DNA of 64,000 nucleotides from Camelus dromedarius (taxonomy: Eukaryota): contig NC_087436.1 of the NCBI RefSeq assembly GCF_036321535.1, positions 9,238,001 through 9,302,000 of the forward strand, read 5' to 3'. Position 1 is the first letter of the stretch. The number at the start of each line of letters is the position of its first letter. Shown one piece after another: positions 50,958 through 64,000 of this stretch. Made by a program: the position numbers and the translations under genes. The notes beneath the pieces are model-generated. The model was not told the origin of the DNA and made no database searches. It was given only the letters and a program-made list of their open reading frames with translations.

Positions 50958-53274
50958 ATCTCTCATTCTGGAAACTTGTTTCCAGTGCAAATTTCCAGAT
51001 GGATTTCTGGCATTAATGGTTAGAGGGGCCACACATAATTCTACCTTTAAAATTATTTTCGGGATCAGTATATTTTAGTCATTGGAATCAAGAAACATAT
51101 AACGACCTCTGGTTTAAAATAAATATGTATATGTAAATCATGTAAAGTGTCAGCCCCAGGTCTCAGCTACACCTGCAATAGTCCATCACAACGTTCTTTC
51201 AGGCTGCCAGATAAACTAGTAAAACAAAAATGTTCTAATGGAAAAATGGATCCTGAAGACATAGGCCAGCTGTTGAATCTCCTTTGTTCTGCAGTAGTCT
51301 CTTTGTCCGAGGTGTTCTTATGTCACATTTTATGTCAGTAAATAAGATACTCTCAGAGATGCACAGAGCGTGCTGTCATGCTGGCTGAGATGAGGCTCCA
51401 TCCAGGCTAAATCTGCATCAGTCCCAGAAAAGATGACTTACTGTTCTCTTCAGGATAGAATGGGTCTAATAACACCAACGTGACACCAGTGCAACCGTAT
51501 CAACTGCTCAGCCGTCGATCCTGCTCTTGGTGAATCCAGAACATCTCCCTGGCAGGAAAGCTGAGTCAGCTACTCTCACAGCTGAAAGTTCATGCCTGGT
51601 GGACCCTGACAAGAGATGCAAAAATCTCCACATTTTGTCCTCATTTCTCGGGGTCCATCATCGGCCCTCCTTCCAGACCTCTTTGCTTCCAGACCCTAGC
51701 AATCCAATCTGGCAACTTCATGCTACTCAGGGGTCACTGTGTCTTCTGTACTTTTCTTATCTGTGATCACTTCTTCCTCCATATCAGGTTGATGCCCAGC
51801 TCAAAAGTTTGGAAAGATTTCCCCTCATCTGCCTTTTGGGGCCACCACTAAGTGGAGTTGTCCTAGAGAAGCAGCCCATTTGCTGTTCACTCACTTCCGT
51901 ATATTGAGGACCAGCCTCAGGTTACAGGCCACTCCCCGGAAGCCTAGAGGTGTCAGCTAGAAGAGAGACCCTCGGTAATAGGGATGCGTGTCGTGAGGGC
52001 TGGGTTTCTTATTGCTGAAAAATTAATGATTCCTCTGCCCCTGTGTGCGCGCTATCCGGAGTGTACCAATTCCATTTCATAAGGGATTGATACTGTTCAT
52101 CCTCAAACTTTTGAAATGGTAGATCTTACACTATGCATGCAGCTCAAGATGCCCGGCTCTGGATGTGGTCAAACGATGTGTGAAGGTCAGATGGAGTGGC
52201 TGCTAAGGCCCAACAGCACATCAGGAGCTGGTCTGCAGGTGACGAATGAGTCCTTGCTCCAGCAGCATGATTTTGAATCACACCCTGGGGCATGCTCATC
52301 CCCTGCGACGCTCCTGCTCAGGCTGCCCAGGGAGTCCACACGCTGTCCTTAAGAGTCCTTTGATACTGCTGGCACCTGCTGGGTCGTGGGCACTAAATGG
52401 CGGTCATTTGAACATCAGTCTGAATGTCCTGCTGAACTGTCTTGCTCAGACCCATTTAAAACTTGCAGCTTTATGATTCACCCAATAAATGGGTTGAAGT
52501 GGTATGTATAAGTGATTTATATACAGATATACCTTCAAAAGGCAAAGAGGCTCAGAGAGCTCTGTGCTCTTTTTAGTGGTGGGACGTGCAAGATGAAATC
52601 ATTTTTCATTACATTAGGAGGGGTGCTCCAGCGTACACTAGGAAAGGGCCGAAGGGTGCACTTGGGGCCATTAAGGTCCGTGTTGCAACCGCCAGCTCTG
52701 CTACCGCGGCCGAGCAGAAGAGCAAGCTTAACCTGGAGAAATACTGCGAATGTATGCTGCTGTGTCTCTCGAGCAAAAGCTCTTTTCTATTATCCTTTCT
52801 CACAGAAATTAAAAAGAACCCAGTTATTAGATTAGCAGCAAATTCCAGAATCTGAGTTAACCATTTTTTTTATTAAAAAAAAAAAAAGATTTTGACTTTG
52901 GACAGAGGTTGGGAGTGGAACTATCACTGGGTTAAATTTAGGTCCATGTTATCTGCCTGTGCTGCTTCTGATCTCTGTAAATATCAAAACTGAAAACTGA
53001 ACGGTGATATGATGGTGACTATCACTCGTACCTTTGAACATGGCACCAATCTTCACCATTTCACCCGGAATAAGATATTGCTTCTGATTTATTATTTTTG
53101 TCCTAGTCTGGAGGGAAGGAAAAGAACAGTTTCAGAAATTTCCAATTGGTCTTTTTTATTTTATTATAATGGATTTTTATGTCACAGGTCAGAGAACACA
53201 GGTGAGGATTCTGTGCTGTCTATTCCTATGATAAAATCAAGTGCAGGGAAACAGTTACGGAATCCTCAGTAGAC

Positions 53275-55195
53275 CCGTTGGATCTATCATGAGGTGGGCT
53301 TGGGCCTTGTCCCTGTCACCTGAGTTTTATAGGGAAAGAGGGCTGTGTTATTTTGGTTCACCTGATGTTAATGTCAACTGATAACCTGCATCCAACAGTC
53401 CGTGAAATTCTGTACATTTTCCCTTCCCAGTGGGTAGCTACTCTCATGAGTGGGCTCAAGTCCCTTTAAGAGAAGAGCGGTGATTTACATACTTGCTGTG
53501 GCATTTTGTACTTCCTCAAGGGTACCTGGCGTCCAGTTTAATAAATGGCCTCTAGGTTGAGAAATAGCTCAAGTCTGGGAAACTTTCAGTGGATTGTGAT
53601 GGTTCATCGTGACATTTAACATCAGTCTTCCCTTGCTTCACATTCATTCACTTGCTCTTAGCCGGTTATTTATGTCAAGCAACAACTTAATTGACTGCCC
53701 ATCCATTTTGCTGCTAGGAAGAAACAACACGGGCTCTTGCCAATGTCAGTGATGACGATGGTTAAAGTCCACATGGAACGCCATTCGTCTTGCACCTAGT
53801 GGTTATATGTTGACATTGGACTTCGGCTATTTCAGAATCCTGACGTCCCCGCTGACATTAGGTAGACAAATCCAAGCTGCCCATCTTACCATCAATCCTT
53901 GCCCACAGGGCACAGCCACCACTAAGTCTCTCAGATATGCCAATACCCCCCTCACTAGTATATTTCTTATCTTTGTGTGAAGGAGTGCTTCTGAACCATC
54001 CTGGAAATCATTCTCAGCCACCACGTTCTCACGTCTGAGATAATCAATTCATTCCAGTATGACCGCATTTCAGAGCCATTTGAGCTGATAATCAGTACTC
54101 CGCCGAGATGGTTATGGTGGCTCTAACGGATTTCCTATGAATCATCATTGTTTCCAAGCTTAAATTAGCTCTTCCAAGTGCATATTATAACTTCAGGCAT
54201 CCTTGCCGATCTGCTAAATTTTGAGTCCCAAGAGAAATCCCCCATACCGATAAACTTTCATTGACATTCTTATATCCTTCCCTCACTAGCCCAGCCATAC
54301 CGAGATCTACTACCAGATACTATGTATGTTGCAGTTGCTCCCAGTGTATGTTAACCACAGGCTCCAGCTCTCTGGTCGTAGCAAGGACAATGCTTGAGGG
54401 CTCCACGATGCTGTGGCTTTACTCTTCCTCTTGAGGTAGAAACAATGAAAAGAGACAATGGAAGATCTTGAAGAGGCTAAGCATAATCACTCAAAGCATC
54501 TTTCTTGGCTGAGAGTTTACCATTGTCTCCAGGCAACACGAGCCCACATGCCTCTGGCAAGAGGAAAGGAGCCAAATCTAAACTCAGAGCATTTAGAAGA
54601 TTAGTGAATTCAAAGTGCTCAAACACCTCCCCCAGTATACCAATTGCAGGTCTCTGAGTTCCCCACATTTCAAAATATTTTAGCATTGGAGCCAGAAATT
54701 TAACTATAGCTTCCTTTATAATTTCACTACTTTTGCTATCAAACCCGGGTCCTGATTGCCATCACAGTCTGCCACTGGCCTGCAGGAGATGAGTGTCTCT
54801 TTAAACAGTGCAGTGACAGCCTTTCAACTTCACACTGTGCCTTGGATCGGCAGTTTGCCAACCTCAGACGGTTGTTTTCTTCAGGGTCTTTATGGCCATC
54901 AACAACTGTCAAACAGCCTCTCAATCCTTACCGTTACCACTCCTCCATTGACTTCCAAGTTATCAATCTACTGCATGAGACAGGACATCCCCTTCTGCCT
55001 TTCTACCCCATTCGCAAGTGAAAAACCACAATAGTGGGTGACGCCTACATGCATTAGGGATAATTGTTACACTGGTGACAACAGGCAATGATTTCTTGCT
55101 AACCATCTGACCAATAAGTAATCTAATTCTAGAATTCCATTATAAGGGTCTATATCCAAGGACGCTTTTGCTACTAATTGTCTTAGGTAAGCTCT
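53275..55195 (-). mobile_element. ERVL-class internal region (degenerate gag-pro relic; ERV3-16A3/ERVL-E-like)
   Basis: Minus 53407-53348 encodes FHGLLDAGYQLTLTSGEPK*, similar to ERVL protease FRGLLDTGSELTLIPGDPK. ORFs 54739-54924 and 54477-54686 resemble ERVL/MaLR Gag N-terminus fragments. Confidence 0.8.
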
Positions 55196-55349
55196 TCATC
55201 TCAATAAAGGGGGAAAAAAGGGTGTTAAACACTGATTTGAGAACACTGAGTATATGAATAAATGAAAAATAGGGCTCAGTCCCACTTGGAACCTATGAAG
55301 ACTGCGATGATCAGATCTTCAAGCTGTATCATCCAAGGGGTGAGGAAGC

Positions 55350-55880
55350 TGTGGTGTGTTCTTCCTCACGCAGAACAGTTGTGCCTTGCCCCCATCAAAG
55401 ATGTCCATGACCTAATCCTCAAATCTGTGACTATTTTCAGTTACATGGCGAAGGGGGATTACCATTGCCTATGGTATTAAAATTGTTCATCACCCAGTAT
55501 TAAAATAAGAAGATTATCCTGGGCTATCCAGCTGGGTCCAGTGTAATCATCGGAGACTTTACACTCAGTAGAGGGACACAGAAGAAGAAAGGCAGCTCAG
55601 AGTCGCCTTCTGTAAGAAGGACGTGACCCTAGCAAGCTTGGAGTGTGGAGCAAAGACGGTATTGGTTGAGGGTGTGGGGGCCTCCACCCGCTGGAAAGGC
55701 GAGGAAATAGATTACCCTCTAGTCTTCACACAGGAACACAATACTGCCAATACACTGCTTTTCATCCCAGTGAGACTGTGTCCAACTTTGACCTACATAA
55801 CTGTAAGATGATACATTTGTGTTGGTTAAGCTCCGAAGTTTGAGGTCATCTGTTACAGTGGCAATTGGAAAGTGGTCACA
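55350..55880 (+). mobile_element. MaLR LTR (MLT1D-like)
   Basis: aaagatgtccatgacctaatcc...ttacatggc...agattatcctggg...gctggaaaggcgaggaaatagatt...aactgtaagat...tgttacagtggcaat. Confidence 0.88.
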
Positions 55881-56285
55881 GTCCTCAACATATATGCCAT
55901 GCTGCATGCAGTAATCTATTTCTGCAGCAGAAGACAGCTCTCAAGCAGACAGTTTTGGGTGGCCCCAGTAAAACGTCAAACATAGATGAGGGTGACAACA
56001 GTGTCTGCTGTAAGAATGTCTGCAATTACCTTTAGAAGGTAACGTTATTTTGTAATAATGATCAAAATTGCTGAACAGGAGGAAATATGTTAAATGGAAA
56101 AGAAAAGGTAAATCCATTCTTATTTGCAGATGATATATTTGTTTGCCTGAAAAACAAGAGAAAAAAACTGATTTTTTTTTTGGCTAATTGTGGGGCAATT
56201 CGATGAAATGATTTGGCACAAAAAGAGAATATGAAAATGAGTAACTAATAACAGCCTGTTGGAAGATGAAATGGATAGCCATGCC

Positions 56286-56856
56286 TGCATTAGCTTTCTA
56301 CTGAAGCATGTCAAATTGACACGAATTGTGTGGCTTGTAACATCATTCATTCGTTATTCTGATGTCTGGCACGGCATGACTGGGTTCTCTCTCCAGACAA
56401 AGGTCAAGCTCTTGGCTGGCTGCCTTCTTATTTGAAGCTCAAGATCCTTGTCCGAGCTCACACCTGTTATGTTAAAGTTCTGTTCCTTGTAGTTGCCTCA
56501 TTCAACTTTCTGTTGTTTTGTTGGCTGTAGGTCAGGGGCCAGTCTCAGCCCCCAGAAGTGACCCTCAGGACGCTGCCTGATGACCCTGTTCCGCTTAAAG
56601 CCAGTAACAGAGTGTCAGATCCTTCTGGTGCTTCAAAGATCTGACTTTGCCTTCTATGATCTGCTGGAGGAAACACTGCTTTTAAAGGGCTCCTCTGATA
56701 AGTCAGGTGTACCCAGGCTAATCTCCCTTTAGTCATAGAAAGTAATACAACCATGGTAATGAGAGATCTTCAGATTCACAGCTGCCGGGAAAATGTAGAA
56801 AGGATTATAGAAGGTAGAAGGTAACTCGGGATCATCTCAGAATTCTGCCAACCACA
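56286..56856 (-). mobile_element. MaLR LTR (MLT1D-like)
   Basis: gttctgttccttgtagttg, tgcttttaaagggctc...acccagg.taatctccc, ends agaattctgccaaccaca; flanks atgcc / gtgct are a decayed 5-bp TSD. Confidence 0.8.
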
Positions 56857-56859
56857 GTG

Positions 56860-58490
56860 CTTTTTAATAATAGAATAAATGTTAAAATATCCAAGACATT
56901 CGTAGCAGAGGTATAAAGAGATTTTAAAATGTGATTCTGTGGAAGGGAAGGAATGTTTAAACAAAAAAGAGTCTACCATATTGCTGGAAAAAACCAAGAC
57001 CTACAAAAAATATGCGAAATATCTTTATAGTTGTCTATGCATTGAGATTTTAAAAACTATGCTTTTTTCCAGGTTAGAGGGGAATAGACTAGTTGATTTT
57101 AAAGTTTATAAATAAAATACAAACTAGAAATAAACAGTAATAATAGACAATGTAGGAATGACACTCCTTAAGTAATAAATATATAACGCTATTGAAATAA
57201 TTAAAGCATCACACTGCTTTCATAAAATTAAAAAGAAATAAAGGAGTGGATAAGAACAAGTAGAACATATATCAAAAGTTCATTTCATACCCATGAGGGA
57301 TAAGTGAAATATTTGAAAAATAGTGTTAGTTACTGATTGGTTTTCTGGGAAAATAAATTTATCCGTAACTCATATTTTCTTTACCAAAATAATTACCAGG
57401 TGTATTAAAGATATAAATGTCCAAAAAGGACAAGATATAATTTTACATAATTTTTTAGTAATCTTGGGATGAGGAAGATTTTTGAATATATGTTATAAAT
57501 TGCACACACACACACACAAAGATATACAAGGAATATAACAAGGAATGATAATTTCAAATGAATCCTAAGTTTAAAATTTTCATGAAGAAAGACTTCATAA
57601 ACAAAGTGAAGAAAGAAATGCAAAACTTGTGAAAATATACAACAAGCTTTGCAACTTGTAACAAAGGACTGATTTCCACAACCAGTTAGAAAAATAAGAA
57701 AAAATAACAAAGATCAACAATCCAGAGAAATTTGGCAAAGGATCTGAAGTTAATTCACAAACTAAGACATTCAAATGAAAATTTAATGTCATTTAGAATT
57801 CAAATGAAAATTCAATGTCATTTAGAATAAGGAAAAATGTAGATTAGTTTTTTAATCTCACAGATGATCAAAGTTTCAAAAAGTTGATAACATACTATGT
57901 TTGGAAGATGGAGGGGGAAATTAATATTGTCACCCATTGTTGGCAGAAGAATAAATTAGTACAATTACTGTGGGGGATGATTTTGCACGTGTGAGCTTGT
58001 GTGTGTCCACACACATACCTACTTATATTTGCAACTGCTCAAAACAATGTACATATATGGTTATTTATTGCATCAGTATATACAGTAGTGAAAGATTAGA
58101 TCAATTAATCAGAATTTCCTAGAGGATTAGTTAGATGAATCACATAGTCATTTAAAAAAATGGGGGCAGTCCTTTTACATAATATGGAGGAATTTCCAAG
58201 ATACATTTTTGGTGAAAGAATTAGGTAGAAAAGAGTGTGGCGTATGCTAATATTTGTGTAATAAATTAAAAACTTATAAATATATTGCTTTGTATGTGCA
58301 TAGACTATTTCTGGAAGCATACACACACTCAACAATTTTCACCTCTGCAGTGGGGAATTGACTCTGTTCATCTTCAGAGTAGGGAATAGAAAAATAATTA
58401 CTTTGTACCCTGCTACCATTTTTACCCTTTGAATGTTTACCCTTGTGTAAATACTAGTTTATAAGTATTGAACCTTTAAACATAAATGAA
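56860..58490 (+). mobile_element. Very old LINE-1 (L1ME-like) ORF2 end and 3' UTR fragments
   Basis: A-rich; aaagttgataacatact, ccaagatacatt...gtgaaaga and ctggaagcatacacac motifs. Confidence 0.55.
57769..57826. repeat. Tandem duplication, 2 x 29 bp
   Basis: attcaaatgaaaatt(t/c)aatgtcatttaga twice with one mismatch. Confidence 0.9.
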
Positions 58491-59896
58491 TAGGAAATAC
58501 AACAAACCTGACTTAGACACAAGGGCATAGTAAATTAGTAACAGTAAATTAGCAGCAATCTGCTCCCTGTTTCTGCCGGATTACCATGCATACAAGATGT
58601 CAGAATGCATGTATCTTTGATCTACATGATGATGGAGTCATTTTCAGGTGCTATATGGTGGTAATAAAATGTATGGCAACGTGTCAAAAAGATACACATC
58701 TAAATTTGTCCTCTAAAGGGAAGACTATAACTCTACCTCAAAAGTCTCAGCAAACATCTCATAATTTCTCACGGGCTTTGCCCAGAAAGCGTGACCATTT
58801 GGACCTCTCTCCGTGGGTTGGTTAAGACCGATCTCTGCCCTGCAGAGCCATGGCAGGCGTGGGAAAGCAGCACCCAAGTCGCGTGAACGGCTTCCCAAAC
58901 GCAATATTGGGAAGTCTTAGCCAAAACTAGGTCAGAATATTAGCAGTTTATCATTAACACACTTACGTAGGATACAAAGTATTTGAGAAATAAAGTTATT
59001 TGTAAAGAAATTTTAGAACAATATTCAGTAAACATCTACATCGCAATTTATCCAGGCCAGCAGAGAGCTTAGATTTTGCCCCCTGTGATTGACCTCTGGA
59101 GATGTTTTTAGCAAACACGATATGTCTCACTTTATTGAGGGATGTTAGAAGAAAAACTTCAATGTTTACTCTAATCCTGCTTTTAATGGCATTGCTAATT
59201 ACACTGGTGTCCTATTTACAGGTAACGCGGAGAACAAATTAATTTTTCACCTTAAGATGAGCAGTTGGTTTGTTTGTATTTTGTAGTCCTTGTGTGTTAT
59301 CAGTCTACTTAATTCCTCATTTCATTTTAACTTTCAAAGCTTAGAGCCAAATCTGTGGTCCATTGTGTGTTTATAGTGGATTTATGTTATACATTTTTAT
59401 TGTCTTAATTGATTTCTCGTTTTCAACCCCCTACTCCTCCTTTTATGATTACCTTATGTTACCTACATTTTTCACATATTTATGATCAACCTCGTAGGGG
59501 AATGAAGGATGTAAGAACAGAGTTAAGTATAGGCTGTTTGAAATCTAAGCTTTGTTGAATTTGGGCTCAACAACAAAGGCTATATTTTGATACATGTATC
59601 TTTCTGGGCCACCTGCATCTTGCATCATGATTCAGAGGCTGAATTATTACTCCTGGACTGTGACTAACTCAAGATAATGGAATGCCAATTTAGTAAGAGC
59701 ATGTTTTCTTAAGAATGTATAAGTATTCTAAAAGCGCTACAGTATGTTCTTTCCATATGGATTTTTACAAAAGACAAAAGCTAAAGAATAATGAAAAAGC
59801 CAAGCCTTCAAATTTATTTACAAACTAACATAACTTGCTTCTCACAGATTTGGAGTTACATGAGATTTATTAAAATGTACTTTCAAATAAGTAATA

Positions 59897-59927
59897 TAGA
59901 TAGATAGATAGACAGACAAGACAGACA
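59897..59927. repeat. (GATA)n/(GACA)n short repeat
   Basis: Visible tetranucleotide run. Confidence 0.75.
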
Positions 59928-62900
59928 CCTCCACACAATGGAAATTTCCATTTGAATGTTTCAGTATGCATCACAAAATCAGGTTTGTAAGTAACAGAAT
60001 TCAAAGTATTTCAGTACAAATCATGCAAATCCCATCTCATTTCCACAAATAGTGGTAGTAAACTGGCATATAATTGCGCCTATCCACATCTAATTAGCTG
60101 GCAAAACACCTTTGGCTACATTTATCCAATTTGCAAGTGGAAAGAGAAAGCATATAAAAGAGGTTGCAGAACCCACCCTGCGCCTGCTTTTGCCATTTAC
60201 TATTAAGGTTCTTAACAATGAAACTAAAATATATGATGCTTGTTACTGTTTTGTTCCTAAACATAAATACATGTGGTATTGTAATTGCTAGGGACTGGGA
60301 GAAAGGGAGAACAGTGATCAAGAAAGATCAATAATAAATGCACTGTTGCTTTTATTTTAAAGACCTTTACTTATTTATTCCATGGAAAGACAAAAAAAAA
60401 AAAAAGGAGAGAAAATGTAAAGAAAATGAAATGCAGAAAATATAGGATATCGGCAACAGTGAATAATGGTAAGAGCCTTAAACAGAACTAATTCAGACTT
60501 TGGAATTAATTTACTTTTAGGTCTTGCATTGCTGCTTCTTAGCCATTTTCTAAATTGCAGCCTGCAACATTTGAATAAATGCAAAAGCACATATTTGTAA
60601 AGGAACTGAGAAAACAAGAGTTCTTCTCAAATGATATTTTGTAAGCACTGTAAAATGAAGTTTTTCTTATTAAAGTATAACAACTTGAATGAATTAATTA
60701 TATGCAAATTCAAGTTACTTTTTTATAATCCAAGTGTATAAGTGAATCATTACTTTGTATGAACTACAATTATATGTTTATTTAATTACTTATGCAGTTG
60801 TCTCAGTTCATTGTCTCCAACAATTTATAATAAAATGACCTATTTTAAATTATTTCATTATGTTTTTATTTTTGTCTGTTATTTTACTGTAGAGAAACTC
60901 CTCAAATATAGTAGATATTTTTTGGCCATGTTTAATTTTAAAGACATATTTGGCAGTGAACTAGAGTATTACATTTAAGGAAAACTTTGTCACACCAGAG
61001 TTTTTTGTAATTAAAAAAAAATTATAGATAAAATGTGCAATTGTACGTATAGGAATAAATATAGAACAAAAAGCTTGTTCAATTGAAAGACATGAAGTCA
61101 TAGACGTTTTGAACTAGAAGAAACCTTAGAGAACATGTAGCGATTTTCCAAATGATTATTACATCCTTTTCTGGAAGAATCCCCTAAGTCATATTGTGTT
61201 GTAAAACTGGGTATTTTAATGGAATAAGCCCCAAACCACAAACTTAGAAACATGATGTCTCTTTTTCTCACCAATCAGTGCACACACACAAAGTGTTGGT
61301 TTATAAAATTCTTTGGTGCCGGGTGACTAGTTGGCCATGCGGCCACTTCTCCTCCAGGTAGAATAAAGCAGGTGTAGCTCCTAGACCTCCCCAGCAAAGG
61401 GACCCAGCGGCTGTGCACACGTCACGTTCTTATTTTACAGACTGTAATCATAATGCCAAGTGGCTTTATTAACTTCTCTTTCTCCATTATCAATATAGAT
61501 AAATGTCCTTAGACTTTTCAACTTTATGTAAGATATGACCTTTCATTTCAACATTCTTCATACAGTGATTCTGCAAGATGGCCTTCCTATGTTTATAGTG
61601 ACTCATATCTAATATCTTCTAATTGCATTGCTCTCATGTGCAGAACTGCTTTCACCACCATAGTGAACTGAGTTAAACAGTATTATATAACATTATTCCT
61701 AAATAAAAGAAAAAAATCAAGGCAATCTCTCCAAAAGTGGCACTTCCAACATACGTTCCCTAAGCTTTACTCAGCATTGGATATTATAGAAGGTAACTTA
61801 ATTTTTATTAGAAAGATCAACTTGTTAAGGTTACAACAAAAAATGTCTGGCAATCGAGAATTTACCACGCAGACTGGTTGGCCTTTCCTGTGGGATTTCC
61901 TTGGCCAGCATAGGTTCTGTTATAAGACTAATTTCTTTCATGCCCAAACCCTATCATAGCATCTCAGTTAGTCTCTGTTCTACTTAGACTAGGTGGTGTG
62001 AGAAATATGGATGAAATGAAGAGGGAAGACACACACAGTAATTACCACTGATGTCAACGCATACTTAGTACTTACATGACCTGTGTAAATCCTTATAAAA
62101 CTGAATAGAGCTTTTGCTGGGCTGGCCTAATATGAACATATTTATTGGATATAAATATATGTAAACTAGTTGAAAAAGGCTTGACCAGATAAAGGGAAGT
62201 TTGTATTTGGGTGCAACATAGAGATTGCATTGGAGGGAAAGAGTAGTATAGAGTAAGCCCGAATCAAGTAGGTATTTTGAAGAACAAAAGCGTTTCGTAT
62301 AAACAAGCCTGAAAAGTAGAAGATATTAAGGATTTTATGTAAATTATGCTTTACGTTTAATATTGATAACCTGGAGAAAATTTGCCTCTATTTACCTAGC
62401 TGACTGGACATGTGAATTGTTTGATATACCACTCAGAACAGTCTCCTCACATAAGAAATTTTGCCGCACTCCAGATTTTATAGCAAATTGGCACATAATA
62501 AATGGAAAGTCTAGGTCCAAACGAATGAAAGATCTGTGGTAAGTAGGTAGAATAGTCTCTTCATTTGTCTTTGTATTAAGTGCTATAAAACTCATTTCAC
62601 AGTTTCTCCATGAGACTAATACTGTTTACATTACTGCCTTTTATTTACAAAATTGTTTAGGTAAATCCTACATCAAGTTGTGCAGAACAGTCATTTTGCG
62701 GAAAAATAAAATTTTCCCATTCTGAAGAGAAAACACTGAACGTGGAAAATCCATGATCTTTAGTTTGCATTCTGCAAGTTTTCATGCAAAAAATCGTGTT
62801 ATGTGAACAAAGTTTATATTGCTTATAAATCATTTCATTTAAGCAGATTAATCAGGTCCTATTTTTGCATTCATATATTTGAAAATGCATATTAAATGTA

Positions 62901-63871
62901 TATGCTGTCAGTTACACTCAGATTTAATAGTTGGAAAATATTAATAAGCAGATGCCATATCTTTTTGGTACAAGTATGTTACCAAAACCATATTTACCGC
63001 TCATCAACTCTCTTTCCTCTCTGTATCTGTTTGGCACACTTGACAGATTAACCAAAGCTGTGTGGATACGCAGTGCGGACTGAGTGCCATTTCTAAGTTT
63101 GTGTATTATCATGAATAAGCAAGCCCTGTACTGTTACTCTTTTTTGTGATTATTAACAATGCTCTGAAGAATATAAAGACTGACTAAAGTAAAAATAAAT
63201 CGAATAAGAAACAAAACAAAGCAGTAAACAAAAACCTTAACTCTCTGTATTAAAGAAAAATCATCAAACTAACATGCATATTGTTCTAAAAAGATGCAAA
63301 ACTTCTGAGGTCTCTTGAGAGCCATAAAATAGTTGTTTTTTTTCAGGTAAGAAAAATTTTGAGAGGATATGTGTATCTAAGTTGCATCAATTGTTCCAAA
63401 TTATTTATCACCGTAACCTCATTCCATTATGCTCATATAAGACATTAGGTAGCAAGTGGTATCTTTGATTAAACTAAAGCATGTGTCAATTAAATTTTAA
63501 TAACTTTTTATTAATCAAAACATATATCATTTAGAAACTCTGATCACTAGAGAAATTCTGTCTCACCGTGAAGTTAATATAATTGCAACTAAAATAAATA
63601 AAAATGAAAAATGTGAAAGTTCGTGTTTTTTAAACAACATTGTGTTTTATAATATGCTTATTGAAATATCAAAAAATTTCTGAGAATACCTATTAGTCTT
63701 TTAAATGACTTGTATAGGACCGTGAAGACTCCAGGCTAGAAACCACTGAGATCAGAGTCATCTGCTTGGATAAGCACATTCAAATATTTAAGCTCTGTTA
63801 TCAACTCCCTGTGGTCTTTAAATAATTCTCCAATCTATTGCATCAATTACAGCAGGCTCATAAAAAAAATG

Positions 63872-64000
63872 TTTTTAAAAATTATTATTATAGAAGTTTC
63901 AGGTGCACAGCATTATAATTCAACATCTGTATACACTGCAAAGCAATCATCACATGTCTAGTTACCATCCATCACCATACGGGTGACCCCTTCACCCATT
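63872..64000 (-). mobile_element. LINE-1 3' end (L1MA-like), cut by window edge
   Basis: agtttcaggtgcacagcattataattcaacatctgtatacact...tctagttaccatccatcaccatac...ccccttcacccatt. Confidence 0.85.

Noticed and set aside
53275..56856. MLT1D LTRs as the LTRs of the neighbouring ERVL internal region
   Set aside because: The adjacent MLT1D is in the opposite orientation, and the two MLT1D copies are inverted relative to each other and separated by L1-like sequence.
63520..63750. hAT DNA transposon end (ctagaaaccactg)
   Set aside because: Only a terminal-repeat-like word is recognisable; family and extent cannot be supported.
1..64000. ORF-track entries as protein-coding genes
   Set aside because: All are short. 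They lie in L1/LTR/ERVL relics or low-complexity DNA, or show no recognisable protein similarity, and no exon chain is evident.
1..64000. CRISPR arrays, operons or prokaryotic defence systems
   Set aside because: The sequence is mammalian, with no repeat-spacer array or dense coding structure.

Overview
This window is AT-rich, CpG-depleted mammalian genomic DNA. Three copies of a tRNA-Ala-derived SINE resembling the camelid Vic-1 family suggest a camelid (camel, alpaca or llama). I find no supportable protein-coding gene, RNA gene or CpG island; the ORF track is chance ORFs plus decayed retroelement frames. Much of the window is interspersed repeats: LINE-1 of several ages, L2, MIR, ERV1 solo LTRs with 4-bp target-site duplications (TSDs), MaLR (MLT1) and ERVL LTRs, an ERVL gag-pro relic, and hAT/Tigger DNA transposons. 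The most unusual structure is a ~1.5-kb poly(A)-tailed insert that splits an MLT1C LTR (16921-18441). It looks like a 5'-truncated retrocopy (last ~33 codons plus 3' UTR) of an unidentified mRNA, and it carries a nested ERV1 LTR, a SINE and a MER5A. Also notable are a twin-primed fold-back micro-L1, two related ERV1 LTRs with different numbers of a TGATTGAC/TGACAG unit, and several repeat-free, locally CpG-retaining stretches that may be regulatory. Repeat family names come from recalled consensus sequences, not from a database search. Boundaries without a TSD are approximate.
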